This document shows, in pieces, positions 1 through 9,447 of a DNA stretch of 64,000 nucleotides. The stretch is taken from contig OZ220741.1 in the NCBI GenBank assembly GCA_965116885.1, positions 128,001 to 192,000 of the forward strand. Direction: 5' to 3'. The stretch comes from Candidatus Latescibacterota bacterium. GTDB lineage: Bacteria; Latescibacterota; UBA2968. The notes below the pieces were generated by a model, which was not told where the DNA came from, searched no databases, and saw nothing but the letters and a program-made list of their open reading frames with translations. Each line of letters begins with the position of its first letter. Within the stretch, counting starts at the first letter, position 1. Position numbers and translations under genes: made by a program.

Positions 1-1
1 T

Positions 2-268
2 TTGATTCAGGTAAAAGATGCGGTTGTTGACGGATGTGTCAAAGGACCTCTGGATGCCTCGCACTCCGTAAGGCTTGGCCCCAGTGCTGAGGTTGATGGC
101 GACATTACAACTCAGGTGCTGATCGTCGAAAAAGGTGCTGTATTGCGAGGGACATGCGCTGTAGCACCCAATGCTGTGGATATAGAAACGCAGGAAGATG
201 AAAAAATAGAAGAACAAGAAGATGCGGATATGGAAACGCAGAAGGATGTTGAGCAGGTAGCAGGTTGA
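2..268 (+). CDS. Bactofilin / polymer-forming cytoskeletal protein, 5'-truncated by the window edge
   Basis: Beta-helix pattern VVDGCVKGPL..SVRLGPSAEVDGDITTQVLIVEKGAVLRG, followed by an acidic tail. Confidence 0.8.
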   Translation: MIQVKDAVVDGCVKGPLDASHSVRLGPSAEVDGDITTQVLIVEKGAVLRGTCAVAPNAVDIETQEDEKIEEQEDADMETQKDVEQVAG

Positions 269-283
269 TCGATACAGCGATAG

Positions 284-319
284 ACAAAAAACGCGCGTTT
301 ATGACGCGCGTTTTTTTGT
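284..319. terminator. Bidirectional intrinsic terminator
   Basis: ACAAAAAACGCGCGT-ttatg-ACGCGCGTTTTTTTGT between convergent genes, with A and T tracts on either side. Confidence 0.85.
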
Positions 320-359
320 TGCCTATCCGAAGAGCTAACCCGCTAATACTGAATCGCAT

Positions 360-1664
360 TCAGCACATGATTTGATAGCGACCATTGGGCAAAAGACGCC
401 GTGCATTGTGTTGACTGAGTTTAACCTCCATTAAAACATCGTTGCCCTTGTAGTCCGTGTGCAAAACTTCGCCAATTCGGTAGAGTTCTGACAGGAGCTT
501 GCCTTCGCGTTGCGGAATCTGAACCACGAGCGTCAGACGGTCACCCTCAAGATAATTGTAGATCGCCCACCTCAGATCTTCGAGTCCCTCGCCCGTTTCA
601 GCGGAAAGCCAGACTGCATCGGGATATGTCGCTATTAGATATTCGCGTCGGGTCTGATCGTCTAATAGATCATTTTTGTTAAACACCATCATCGTCGGCC
701 TGTCGGCTACGTCGAGTTCGCCAAGCACCTCAATCACCGTGGCGATATGTTCTTCACAAGCTGGATGGCTGACATCAACAACGTGGAGCAAAAGATCGGC
801 TTCAATTGCTTCTTCGAGAGTACTGTGAAAAGAAGCAATCAGATGATGGGGCAGCTTTTTGATAAAACCAACAGTATCGGACAACAGAATATCGCGGTTA
901 TAACCAAGAGAGACGCGCCGCGTGGTGGAATCGAGGGTAGCAAAGAGCCGATCCTCGATCAATACATCGGCGCCAGAAAGGGCACGCATAAGTGTAGATT
1001 TGCCCGCATTGGTATAGCCGACAAGTGCCGTGCGAAAAATATCGGTACGTTGTTTGCGGGCAACCGCGCGTTGTCTGGCAATGCGCTCAAGTGCTTGTTT
1101 GAGGATGGTAATGCGGCGATTGGTCGCACGTCGATCTACTTCGAGCTGCGTTTCACCCGGTCCGCGCGTACCCACCCCGCCAGTGCCACCAGTACCGCCG
1201 GCCTGCCGCGAAAGATGGGTCCATTGACGGGTCAACCGGGGCAACATATAGATGAGTTGGGCCAACTCGACCTGTGTTTGCGCCTCCCGGGTTCTGGCGC
1301 GGCTGGCAAAAATATCCAGAATAAGTCGGCTGCGATCGATAATTTTAACTTCAAGCAGGGTTTCGAGATTGCGGGTCTGTGCTGGCGAAAGGTCTTCGTC
1401 AAAAATAACAACTTGTGCATGGTGTTCTGCGATCTGTTCGACAAGTTCCTCGGCCTTGCCGCGACCAATCAGGTACGCAGAGTCTCTCTGTCGGCGTTCC
1501 TGAAGCACCTGCACAGCAACATCAACACCCGCCGTATCCGCCAAAAGACCGAGTTCATCAAGCGTGTCTTGTGCTTCATCAAGTGAGATGCCGGGCAGCG
1601 CAAGCCCGACGAGTATGCCCCGCTCAAGCGCGTGTTCTTTTGTGAGATCGTACATATTTGCCAT
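360..1664 (-). CDS. hflX: GTPase HflX
   Basis: IDRSRLILDIFASRA, QVELAQL, GPGETQLE, G1 GYTNAGKS, LFATLD, DTVGFI, NKND. Confidence 0.97.
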   Translation of the reverse strand: MANMYDLTKEHALERGILVGLALPGISLDEAQDTLDELGLLADTAGVDVAVQVLQERRQRDSAYLIGRGKAEELVEQIAEHHAQVVIFDEDLSPAQTRNLETLLEVKIIDRSRLILDIFASRARTREAQTQVELAQLIYMLPRLTRQWTHLSRQAGGTGGTGGVGTRGPGETQLEVDRRATNRRITILKQALERIARQRAVARKQRTDIFRTALVGYTNAGKSTLMRALSGADVLIEDRLFATLDSTTRRVSLGYNRDILLSDTVGFIKKLPHHLIASFHSTLEEAIEADLLLHVVDVSHPACEEHIATVIEVLGELDVADRPTMMVFNKNDLLDDQTRREYLIATYPDAVWLSAETGEGLEDLRWAIYNYLEGDRLTLVVQIPQREGKLLSELYRIGEVLHTDYKGNDVLMEVKLSQHNARRLLPNGRYQIMC

Positions 1665-1676
1665 ATACTGTCCTAT

Positions 1677-2177
1677 CTAAATCGTCTTAAAATTCGGCCT
1701 TATAATAGACGCAATCTCTTCCGCCCGTTCCCATGACACGGTCACCTTCTGCTTCATACTCCCATCTTTAGGCTGTAAGGTAGCGATATGAGGTGGTCCA
1801 CTCCCCCAGGTGCTCGACTTACGCCGAGGTACAACGTGCATGTGAAAATGCGGCACCTCTTGCAAACTGGCCACGCCGTTATTCTGATAGATCGTAATCC
1901 CATCCGGATTGAAAGTTTTAACAAGTGCTTCTGCCGCTATTCGAACCGTCTTCATAATTTCACCAGCCTCTTCATCCGTCAGATCCAATATCGTCGGCGC
2001 GTGGCGGCGAGGGATAACGAGAAGCTGTCCGATTTCAAACTGCCTGGGATTGAGCAACGCAAGCGTCTTTTCAGTCGAATAAATAACATGCCTGTTTTCA
2101 CCGCGTCCAGCAACTCTTTCACAAAATGGACAGGGATCCAACATCGGCATCTCAAATGCGGCAACAGTATCACTCAT
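1677..2177 (-). CDS. HIT family hydrolase
   Basis: CPFC at the N-terminus and QEVPHFHMHVVPR histidine triad; start at MSDT after GAGGAG. Confidence 0.9.
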   Translation of the reverse strand: MSDTVAAFEMPMLDPCPFCERVAGRGENRHVIYSTEKTLALLNPRQFEIGQLLVIPRRHAPTILDLTDEEAGEIMKTVRIAAEALVKTFNPDGITIYQNNGVASLQEVPHFHMHVVPRRKSSTWGSGPPHIATLQPKDGSMKQKVTVSWERAEEIASIIRPNFKTI

Positions 2178-3093
2178 TTTTCTCCTCATCTATCAAATAT
2201 TTTTTATTCTCTCGTCCCCAGTGCTTTTGTCGCACCAGCGGCATCCAGCCAAACCGATTGTAGAACCTTCCCGCGCCTGCTTTTTCGTCCTCTCGCGCTA
2301 CAGACAGCACGACCCGGTCGCACTTAGCCAATCGTAGCCATTCAACAGCGTGACGGACAACCCACGAACCGAGTCCCTTATTTCGCATTGATTCGTTCGT
2401 TTCTACCTCCGAAAGCTCAGCCCATCCCGCTAATGCGGGCAACTGGCCGCCTTCAGTGAGATCTGAAATACATTCACAATGCGCAACATCTCGCCCTTCC
2501 CACCGCGCGACAAACCGGGTACCGAATTCCCCCACATCGCGATGAATCGTTACACCTCTTATTGGCGTCTCGCCAGGAGAAGAGATACCATTCAGCGCAC
2601 CACCATAGACGGATTCGTCAACTTCTTCATTCGCTGAATAACCAAATTGTTCCATCAAACCGATTATATGCGGCCAGACATCCGGCACCCCCACGCAAAC
2701 CGGTACCGCCAGACCATTCCCCCAGATCTTCTCTTCCGTGACCTGCCAGGCGTCCATTTGGCATCGGCACGCCTTCAGAACTGCTGCTCCAGCTTCACCC
2801 TCTCCTGGACGGAACAAAAACCAGGCTATATCTCCAACGCCCTTCCAGCGCGTGTCGTCGCCGTATCGGAGCAGATGCGCCGCCGCGCAAACGCGATCAC
2901 TGACGATCCCAACAATGGACTTTCTCTCGACAACCCAGGGATCAACAATAGCCTCCCGCGGATACCTCTTCAAGTGCTCCCAAAAGTAATCAGATGTCAA
3001 ACTCCACCCGGGTGCCACAGTGCTGAGATGACTATTCACAAGATCCATGACCTGGGGCAGATGAAAGCGATCAAGTGGTGCTATTTGTACCAT
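2170..3093 (-). CDS. GNAT family N-acetyltransferase (two-domain)
   Basis: MRNKGLGS acetyl-CoA motif and AGRFYNRFGW. Confidence 0.8.
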   Translation of the reverse strand: MVQIAPLDRFHLPQVMDLVNSHLSTVAPGWSLTSDYFWEHLKRYPREAIVDPWVVERKSIVGIVSDRVCAAAHLLRYGDDTRWKGVGDIAWFLFRPGEGEAGAAVLKACRCQMDAWQVTEEKIWGNGLAVPVCVGVPDVWPHIIGLMEQFGYSANEEVDESVYGGALNGISSPGETPIRGVTIHRDVGEFGTRFVARWEGRDVAHCECISDLTEGGQLPALAGWAELSEVETNESMRNKGLGSWVVRHAVEWLRLAKCDRVVLSVAREDEKAGAGRFYNRFGWMPLVRQKHWGRENKKYLIDEEKNE

Positions 3094-3135
3094 ACGCAAT
3101 CCCACAACTTTGAACTCATAGACGTGTCTCCATTT

Positions 3136-3609
3136 TCACCGCAATGATTTCTCATAAGAAACAATGGTCATCCTATCATTGATCTCTCGTGTAACACCAG
3201 TTCTCCTATAGCCCATTTTCTCATAAAAATAACAGTTACCTTCCTCTTGTAGAATCGTCTCAAGCTCCCAGCACTTCGCATCAACAACATCCTCAACGAG
3301 CGCGACGGTATCCTGGCCATATCCCTTCCCCTGATGCTCTGGGATGATAAACATGGGACTAATTCTCGCTCGTCTCACCTCGTCATCGTAGATAATTCTG
3401 ATTGCTCCGATTCCCACGCCGTCAAGCATAATGAAGTAATAAGTGGTATGGGGCTGCTTTAATCTGTTGATAACTCTTTCAACATCTTCATTGGCTGGAT
3501 TAGTCTCGTAATCCCGATACTTGCGAAGCAGTGGCAAAAATGACGCAACCTGAAGCTGGTGAATAGCTTCCGCATCTCTAATAGATGCTCTTTTTAGACT
3601 AATCCGCAT
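3136..3609 (-). CDS. GNAT family N-acetyltransferase
   Basis: FIIPEHQGKGYG, NCYFYEKMGY. Confidence 0.88.
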   Translation of the reverse strand: MRISLKRASIRDAEAIHQLQVASFLPLLRKYRDYETNPANEDVERVINRLKQPHTTYYFIMLDGVGIGAIRIIYDDEVRRARISPMFIIPEHQGKGYGQDTVALVEDVVDAKCWELETILQEEGNCYFYEKMGYRRTGVTREINDRMTIVSYEKSLR

Positions 3610-3613
3610 AAAT

Positions 3614-4159
3614 TCACCTATTTTTCCGCGTCTCCCATTCATCACGCAATAACCCACACCACACCATGTTTTTAAATTCGCCCCTCAGATAGATATCCTG
3701 GCGCAGAACACCTTCACGGACCATGCCGAGCTTCTCCATGACCCGGAGAGAACCCACATTTCTCTCATCGGCACAAGCGCGAATGCGATTTAAATCTGGA
3801 TAGGCCGAAAACGATTCGTCGATAACAGCATCCGCGGCTTCCGTAGTCAGTCCTTTTCCCCAAAAGCACCGGGCAATGCTATAACCCATTTCGCCAACGC
3901 GATTATCAAAATTAAACCCAATATTGATTCCACCAATAACAGAACCCGCGTGTTCAATCGCCCAGGATGCGCGTGTTTTGCGATCCTGCAACACTTGACC
4001 TGCTACAAATTTTTCGGCATCTGCTCTCGTGTAGGGTTGGGGAACCGGAAGAAAGTGCGCCCATTCCGGATCAGATGCATACAACAGGACATCTTCAACA
4101 TCCACAAGGCTAAATACTCTGAGTATCAACCGATCCGTTTTGATATGTTCAGACAGCAT
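3614..4159 (-). CDS. RimJ/RimL-type GNAT acetyltransferase
   Basis: TDRLILR, EMGYSIARCFWGKGLTTEA, NVGSLRVMEKLGM. Confidence 0.9.
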   Translation of the reverse strand: MLSEHIKTDRLILRVFSLVDVEDVLLYASDPEWAHFLPVPQPYTRADAEKFVAGQVLQDRKTRASWAIEHAGSVIGGINIGFNFDNRVGEMGYSIARCFWGKGLTTEAADAVIDESFSAYPDLNRIRACADERNVGSLRVMEKLGMVREGVLRQDIYLRGEFKNMVWCGLLRDEWETRKNR

Positions 4160-4178
4160 TTTCAGATCTCTTTTTTAG

Positions 4179-4793
4179 TCAGAGCACATCCTCATTCAGC
4201 CACCTGAGAAAACTCTCGTCATTGGTGTACTCATAGGCAAACCCACCACAACCTCTGAACAACTCTGGCTCCTTGCTGCCATCTTCGATTAAGAGGCTAT
4301 TTCCATAGTGAATATCATCTCCCAGCGCCTTAAATGCAATGGGCCAGAGTACGCGCTTATCGAATTCTCCGTAATCGGAAGAATTGATAATCACATCAAA
4401 TTTCTCGTCCAATCTATGCGCTGGAACAACGACATCTGAAAAAACATCCATATTGGCAGTTACAATCGCGGTTCGTCTCCCTTGACTTCTCTGCGCCAGT
4501 GCGAAATTCAAAACTGCCTCGTTAAAGTCAAGATCCCTGCATCCCAACTCCATAGTTTTCAAAACCGCGGAAATATCCATATTTGCGTGATCGGAGACAA
4601 TGGCCGCAATATCTCTAAGACCCAGGGCATTCGTCATCCACATCCTGCAGACATGCCGATTGGCGAACACCTGTTCTTGAATAATATCATGCCACTCGGG
4701 ACATTCTGGCGGAGCTACCTTGAAATAGAGATCCGAAGACAACGTAAAACCAAAATCAAAAACAATACACTTGATTGATTCGTACATCTGCAT
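4179..4793 (-). CDS. HAD-superfamily hydrolase-like protein
   Basis: IVFDFGFTL motif I variant, IVTAN motif II, LLIED motif IV. Confidence 0.65.
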   Translation of the reverse strand: MQMYESIKCIVFDFGFTLSSDLYFKVAPPECPEWHDIIQEQVFANRHVCRMWMTNALGLRDIAAIVSDHANMDISAVLKTMELGCRDLDFNEAVLNFALAQRSQGRRTAIVTANMDVFSDVVVPAHRLDEKFDVIINSSDYGEFDKRVLWPIAFKALGDDIHYGNSLLIEDGSKEPELFRGCGGFAYEYTNDESFLRWLNEDVL

Positions 4794-5055
4794 GCGATTT
4801 AGTCTCTCCACTTATCACGTGGATGGGCCTGGAAGTTAAATTCTCCTCTATTGAGCGCCTCATCGAATTGAATATTTGCCAAAACCGATTATGCAAAGTA
4901 TCTTCCTTACCATTACAAATGACTTCCTTTATGTGAACTTCTGTTCGCCTGCTCGATCCAGTTGGGAAGATGCAAAACCAGATCATTCATTATCCTCTCT
5001 GTATTTTCTACATAAATCTGCACATTGCCTCTATCTACAAATAGGGATTCAATTT

Positions 5056-5718
5056 TCAGTCTCCAACTTGATTCCAAACATTAGCTGCATACATCAAACC
5101 TATTTCAGGGCTGCTGAGGATTGGAACTGAAATTTCCGGGCACAAATTTGCGGCTCCCGCCATAGAGGCTTGTGCCAACACAATGACATCTCCTTCAGAT
5201 GCTTTGTCTTTTATATTTCGGGCTATTTCAGTAAAATATCCTTTGTGGTCTCCCTCCTCAAATCTACTCCAGGCGTTATCACAAAAAACTTCAATAAGTT
5301 CAACGCGCTTTTGACGCACTTTTGCTGTTTCAAGAATAAGGTCACGAGTTGGAGCAATCGTACTCTCAAGTGCGGCAGCAACAATAATCCGAGAACCTAT
5401 TTCGACTGCTTTCTCAGCCATAGGTCTATCGATTCGAACAATAACACCATCTGTTAGATTATTTACTTTTTCCGCACTTGCTCCAATTGTAGAACATGTG
5501 CAGAGTATCACAGTTGCGCCTTTTTTTATCGTGGAGAGGATACAATCCCGAATACGTTCATCCAAATTTTGAGTGATTCCTTTGTCACGGGCCTCTGTCA
5601 GAAATTGCTCTTCTATAATATGTCTAACTGGTAATTCTAAAAAAGCTTCCTCTATAAGCCGATTAAAAGTATCGACATGCACCGGTGAAGTATGAAGCAA
5701 AGCCAAATGGGATTGCAT
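5056..5718 (-). CDS. Aspartate/glutamate/hydantoin racemase family protein
   Basis: LHTSPVH, CTCSTIG, RIDRPMA, VIVLAQASM. Confidence 0.75.
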   Translation of the reverse strand: MQSHLALLHTSPVHVDTFNRLIEEAFLELPVRHIIEEQFLTEARDKGITQNLDERIRDCILSTIKKGATVILCTCSTIGASAEKVNNLTDGVIVRIDRPMAEKAVEIGSRIIVAAALESTIAPTRDLILETAKVRQKRVELIEVFCDNAWSRFEEGDHKGYFTEIARNIKDKASEGDVIVLAQASMAGAANLCPEISVPILSSPEIGLMYAANVWNQVGD

Positions 5719-5742
5719 GAAATGACGCCCTTTATGTGGATA

Positions 5743-5806
5743 GATAGGGTTTTACACAGAAATTCTACTAATCTTGTGACAATTTCAGCGGCAAAATGGT
5801 TTCTAT
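5743..5806 (-). repeat. Dispersed ~65 bp promoter-like module, copy 1
   Basis: About 54 of 66 aligned columns identical (manual count) to 14051-14116; immediately 5' of a minus-strand gene. Confidence 0.8.
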
Positions 5807-5845
5807 ATTACAAAACAGGTCCACGAACAGTATGGGCAGGTTTAC

Positions 5846-6767
5846 TCAGCCCACGCCATGCAGGCTCTCGAGATCGGAAACTGCCGTACCCAGGAAATTA
5901 GGCGTTTTGGGATGTAGAAGACGACCACAGTCCCAGAAAAACCTTATCATCCTGAGATTCGCGACAATTGACAGTACCTTCTCTTCTACAGGTGACAACT
6001 CCTTCAGCTTGCCGCAGATCATGGGCCGCCGTCCCCCAGCCAGCCGACTGGAAATCATGGACATTTGAAATACGCAGTGAATTGCCGTTCTCCACGAGCA
6101 CGTTGTGGAGTCCTGCTTCGCCCCATAGAAATACATTGTCGCTCTGCACCCTGACTTCGGGCACCGGATCCGTGGCGGTCAATAGCCTGTCCCAGAGTTC
6201 CGGCAGGGTTGCCGCCATAGAGGAAGTCAACACCTCGTCTCCAAACATTGCTTCCCGGATCGTCACTTCCCACGACGCAAGATCGCTCGTTTTCTGTGAT
6301 TGAAGCTCCTGCGGACATTGTTGCCTGTGCACATGTGCAACAGTCTGTCCCAGAAGCGAACCCAACTGCAATCGCTTTGCCCGAGATGCGTCCAGGTAGT
6401 AACTGAGTCCCGACTTCCCCAACTCGCATGGGATCAAAAGACATTCTGATTCTCCATCGCCATCGTACACCAGAGATTCAGACACCGGAACACCGGCGAC
6501 GCCGCGCAATGCCTTTGTGGCGATGAACTCGGTTTTCAAACTGAAACCGAGAGAACGGCGAAACTGTATCTTCAAGATCACCCGTCCGTGGACGCGAGTC
6601 TCCACCAGAAAAATCTGGTTTGTGAAATTAGTCTCCAGGCGCCTGATCGACCGGGACGAACTAAAACCATGTTTTTCGAAAAGCGCATCAATCTGTCCAC
6701 GGGTTACATCCGGCTTATCGCGGAACAAAGCGCGGATATCCTTCATGCTGGCGAGTCTTGTGACCAT
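5846..6767 (-). pseudogene. Aminoglycoside-phosphotransferase (APH/choline kinase)-like gene, split by a frameshift or deletion near 6000
   Basis: Kinase motifs VILKI, WGEAGLHNVLV, HDFQSAGWG..HDL; a protein-like C-terminus ELSPVEEKVLSIVANLRMIRFFW continues in another frame to 5846. Confidence 0.6.
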
Positions 6768-6827
6768 GCAGTGCTATCTCCGCGGGATATTCTGACTGAT
6801 TTATTATACGGATAGCCCAGGGAAGTG

Positions 6828-7262
6828 CTATAAATGTGAGTCACGCGCTCGTATCAGATTATCTACCCCGTATTTTCCCGAACCGATAACCACAAACATC
6901 CCGGTAATAACCAGATACAGAAATGCCATCTCCTTCGTGCTGAATGGATCCGCTGCATGTTGAAAGAACGCGGCAATCAACATGGTAAACCAAATAAAAA
7001 ATGCCCCTGGCCGCGTGAGTAATCCCAGTGCCAACAGTAGCCCGCCGCCAAACTCCGAAAAGGCTGCCATCCAGGCAAAAAACTCGGGCAAGGGAAACCC
7101 CAAATTTTCTATAACGACCACAAACCGCTCGGAAGGTGGGATCTTCCCCAATCCATGTCCCAATGCCATACTCAACCCTACAAACACCCTGAGAATCGCC
7201 AACCCGACATTTGCCGGGATCGACTCAATAACCGATCCACCAAATACAAGTCGCTTAATCAT
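6828..7262 (-). CDS. DoxX family membrane protein
   Basis: LAILRVFVGLSMALGHGLGK, EFGGGLLLALGLLTR, GSGKYGVD. Confidence 0.9.
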   Translation of the reverse strand: MIKRLVFGGSVIESIPANVGLAILRVFVGLSMALGHGLGKIPPSERFVVVIENLGFPLPEFFAWMAAFSEFGGGLLLALGLLTRPGAFFIWFTMLIAAFFQHAADPFSTKEMAFLYLVITGMFVVIGSGKYGVDNLIRARDSHL

Positions 7263-7297
7263 AAATACCTCCTTATTATGGTTTACAGACGTCTCAT

Positions 7298-7652
7298 TTA
7301 CTCAGAGGGTTCAATAGCATCTCTGAATATCGCTGCCGTAGTCGATATGACCTCATTCCAAAGCCTGCGTCCCAACTCGGCACACGCCCTGGTCGCATCG
7401 CCAATGACACCAGTGTCTGAGTATTGTGTGAAATCGAGATGCGGATCATCCCAATTCACTTCTATCGTGACAGCGTGCCGCATACTGTGCAGCCTCCAAC
7501 GCAACGGCTTCCGCAAACCACGTGTCGAAATCTACTGACAAATGTGGACCTTGCTGCTCAGTGCATCCCGTGGGTACAATCGCCAGGCACCCGGCATCAA
7601 CCAGATCCTTGATCTCTAAGTACGTATAATCAGTAAATTTATGGGATTTCAT
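7298..7652 (-). pseudogene. Creatininase/amidase family gene with a large internal deletion
   Basis: N-terminal AIVPTGCTEQQGPHLSVDFD joined out of frame to C-terminal SDTGVIGDATRACAELGRRL; the middle is missing. Confidence 0.75.
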
Positions 7653-7818
7653 TTTTTTTTGGAGTTTTGATAGTCCTGAATGCTCCCCGTAGCGAGTTGT
7701 GCGGAGGCGCGATTGCGCCACAACGAAAACCGCTGTGTTACACAATGTGCAACACAGCGTACTGCCTTGGACAGCGTAATACCATCTCATTGGATATTCA
7801 GTGGAAATAGACTGCCGA

Positions 7819-8079
7819 TCAAGCGGCTGTGGTCTGTCTAATTTCCCAACCGGGAAAAACGAGAACAGCCGGATGGCACTGCAACGCCCGAGCGAGTACC
7901 TTGGCGCGCTCAACACCAAGCTGGATGCGGTTATTTTCGATGGCTGAAATAGTCGATTGGGGAATGCCTGTGCGTCTGGCAAGGTCGTTTTGACTAAACT
8001 CCTGAAGTTCGCGGATAATACGGACGGACTCACCTACGGATACCTCAATCTGCTTCTTGGCACGACGGTAATTTTTCAT
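7819..8079 (-). CDS. XRE-family HTH antitoxin (HigA-like)
   Basis: SQNDLARRTGIPQSTISAIENNR HTH, directly downstream of a RelE-like toxin. Confidence 0.85.
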   Translation of the reverse strand: MKNYRRAKKQIEVSVGESVRIIRELQEFSQNDLARRTGIPQSTISAIENNRIQLGVERAKVLARALQCHPAVLVFPGWEIRQTTAA

Positions 8080-8083
8080 TTCA

Positions 8084-8362
8084 CTATCTCCGATAATCAT
8101 GAGCGGTTAGACTTACAACCTGCACGAGAACTCTGCTGGCTTCGGTTTTGTATATGACGCGATAGTGGAGGCCAAGCCGAGATGACCTGTGTCCTTGCCA
8201 TTTTCCTCGCAGTGCTTCGTCATGAAATCCTTTGATAAGTCTCAAACCTTGAGGACCTGATATCATAACGATATCTTTCCATTTTTCGTAGCGCTTGAGA
8301 ATTTCCTGGGGCATAGATTTTAGCTGCTTACCCACCCTTCGATGCTCGAGAATAGTCCACAT
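8084..8362 (-). CDS. RelE/HigB-superfamily mRNA interferase toxin
   Basis: GFHDEALRGKWQGHRSSRLGLHYRVIY; 92 aa, basic; toxin-first gene order. Confidence 0.85.
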   Translation of the reverse strand: MWTILEHRRVGKQLKSMPQEILKRYEKWKDIVMISGPQGLRLIKGFHDEALRGKWQGHRSSRLGLHYRVIYKTEASRVLVQVVSLTAHDYRR

Positions 8363-8397
8363 ACCATATAATATATAGATTATTTATGGTATGTCAA
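8360..8397 (-). promoter_or_regulatory. Sigma70 promoter with overlapping inverted-repeat operator (TA operon, probably leaderless)
   Basis: TTGACA (8397-8392), 18 bp spacer, TATTAT (8373-8368), ATG at 8362; inverted repeat CATACCATA/TATGGTATG. Confidence 0.75.
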
Positions 8398-8461
8398 TTC
8401 GCTCCTGCTCAATCGTTACAATGCGTCGCATTAACCCAATATTAGGCGATGCACATATCTT

Positions 8462-8905
8462 TCACATCTTTCCTTCATTGACCAAATCAATAGCAGAAGG
8501 ACCGGTTTGCACCTTGTAATATGTCCTTGTCCTATCCGAAAAATAGTCTTTGATACGCTCGACCTGCTTTGGGGACGTGTTGCTCGGAATACGATCTAAA
8601 TGAAAATATTCAATCTGGTCCGCCTCATCGGTAAGCTGGATTTTACCCCCTGTAACCTGGCAGAAAAATGACAACACGATCTCATTCTTATCTGTTTTAC
8701 TGTACACCCCGCTGAGATGGACGGGCACAGCTTTCAAACCCGTTTCTTCTTCTATCTCCCTCACCAGAGCAGCCCACGGACTCTCGCCTGCCTCAACGCC
8801 CCCACCGGGCAAATTCCACAAATCGAAGTCGCGTCGATGACACAGCAAGACGCGGTCTTTGTCATCGGTAATAATTCCAAAAACGCCGATAGTGAACACG
8901 ATCAA
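8462..8905 (-). CDS. NUDIX hydrolase
   Basis: Nudix box GGGVEAGESPWAALVREIEEETGL. Confidence 0.93.
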   Translation of the reverse strand: MIVFTIGVFGIITDDKDRVLLCHRRDFDLWNLPGGGVEAGESPWAALVREIEEETGLKAVPVHLSGVYSKTDKNEIVLSFFCQVTGGKIQLTDEADQIEYFHLDRIPSNTSPKQVERIKDYFSDRTRTYYKVQTGPSAIDLVNEGKM

Positions 8906-9447
8906 ATCCCTTTTCTAATATATCGGACATATCCCAACTCTGCTTCGGAAATATCCAACCTATCCAGTTCACCTATTGGGACAAATGTCGCTTCTTCTTC
9001 ATAGTCATCATCGCACATCAAATCTGGCACATATTTGGAAGCGCGGGCAGTGTAAACAATTTGAAAAAAGTGAGGATGGAGAAATTGGTATCCAGACGGC
9101 TTCGGCTTGAGATGTTCCAGATGGATAAAACCCAGACGTGAGATAGATTCAATCGTCCAGCCTGTCTCTTCTGCAACTTCGCGGCGAAGTGTTTGTTCGA
9201 AAGTCTCTCCCTCTTCGCGCCGACCGCCAGGCAAAATGTGGTTGCCCTTGCGATTCCTGAGTGCCAGAACAGAATCATTCTGAAGGACGAGACATCGAAC
9301 AGAAGTCACAAACTCCTCTGATGGCTGTTCATCGGAAAGAAAATAACATACGCGCAGAGGCATTGTCCCATTTGCCCATAAAGCTTCTGTCTCGTGAAAA
9401 GGAGTCCTATCCTTCAAAAATGTCTGTATATACTCGTTATGATTCAA
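8902..9447 (-). CDS. NUDIX hydrolase
   Basis: Nudix box GGRREEGETFEQTLRREVAEETGW. Confidence 0.9.
   Translation of the reverse strand: MNHNEYIQTFLKDRTPFHETEALWANGTMPLRVCYFLSDEQPSEEFVTSVRCLVLQNDSVLALRNRKGNHILPGGRREEGETFEQTLRREVAEETGWTIESISRLGFIHLEHLKPKPSGYQFLHPHFFQIVYTARASKYVPDLMCDDDYEEEATFVPIGELDRLDISEAELGYVRYIRKGI

Noticed and set aside
4756..4986. 76 aa ORF between the racemase-like and HAD genes
   Set aside because: No motif; the RBS-linked ATG at 4990 opens a different frame that stops after 25 codons, so it is treated as a remnant
7446..8033. 195 aa ORF as a single gene
   Set aside because: Chimera of an alternative frame over the antitoxin, intergenic DNA and the creatininase N-terminal fragment
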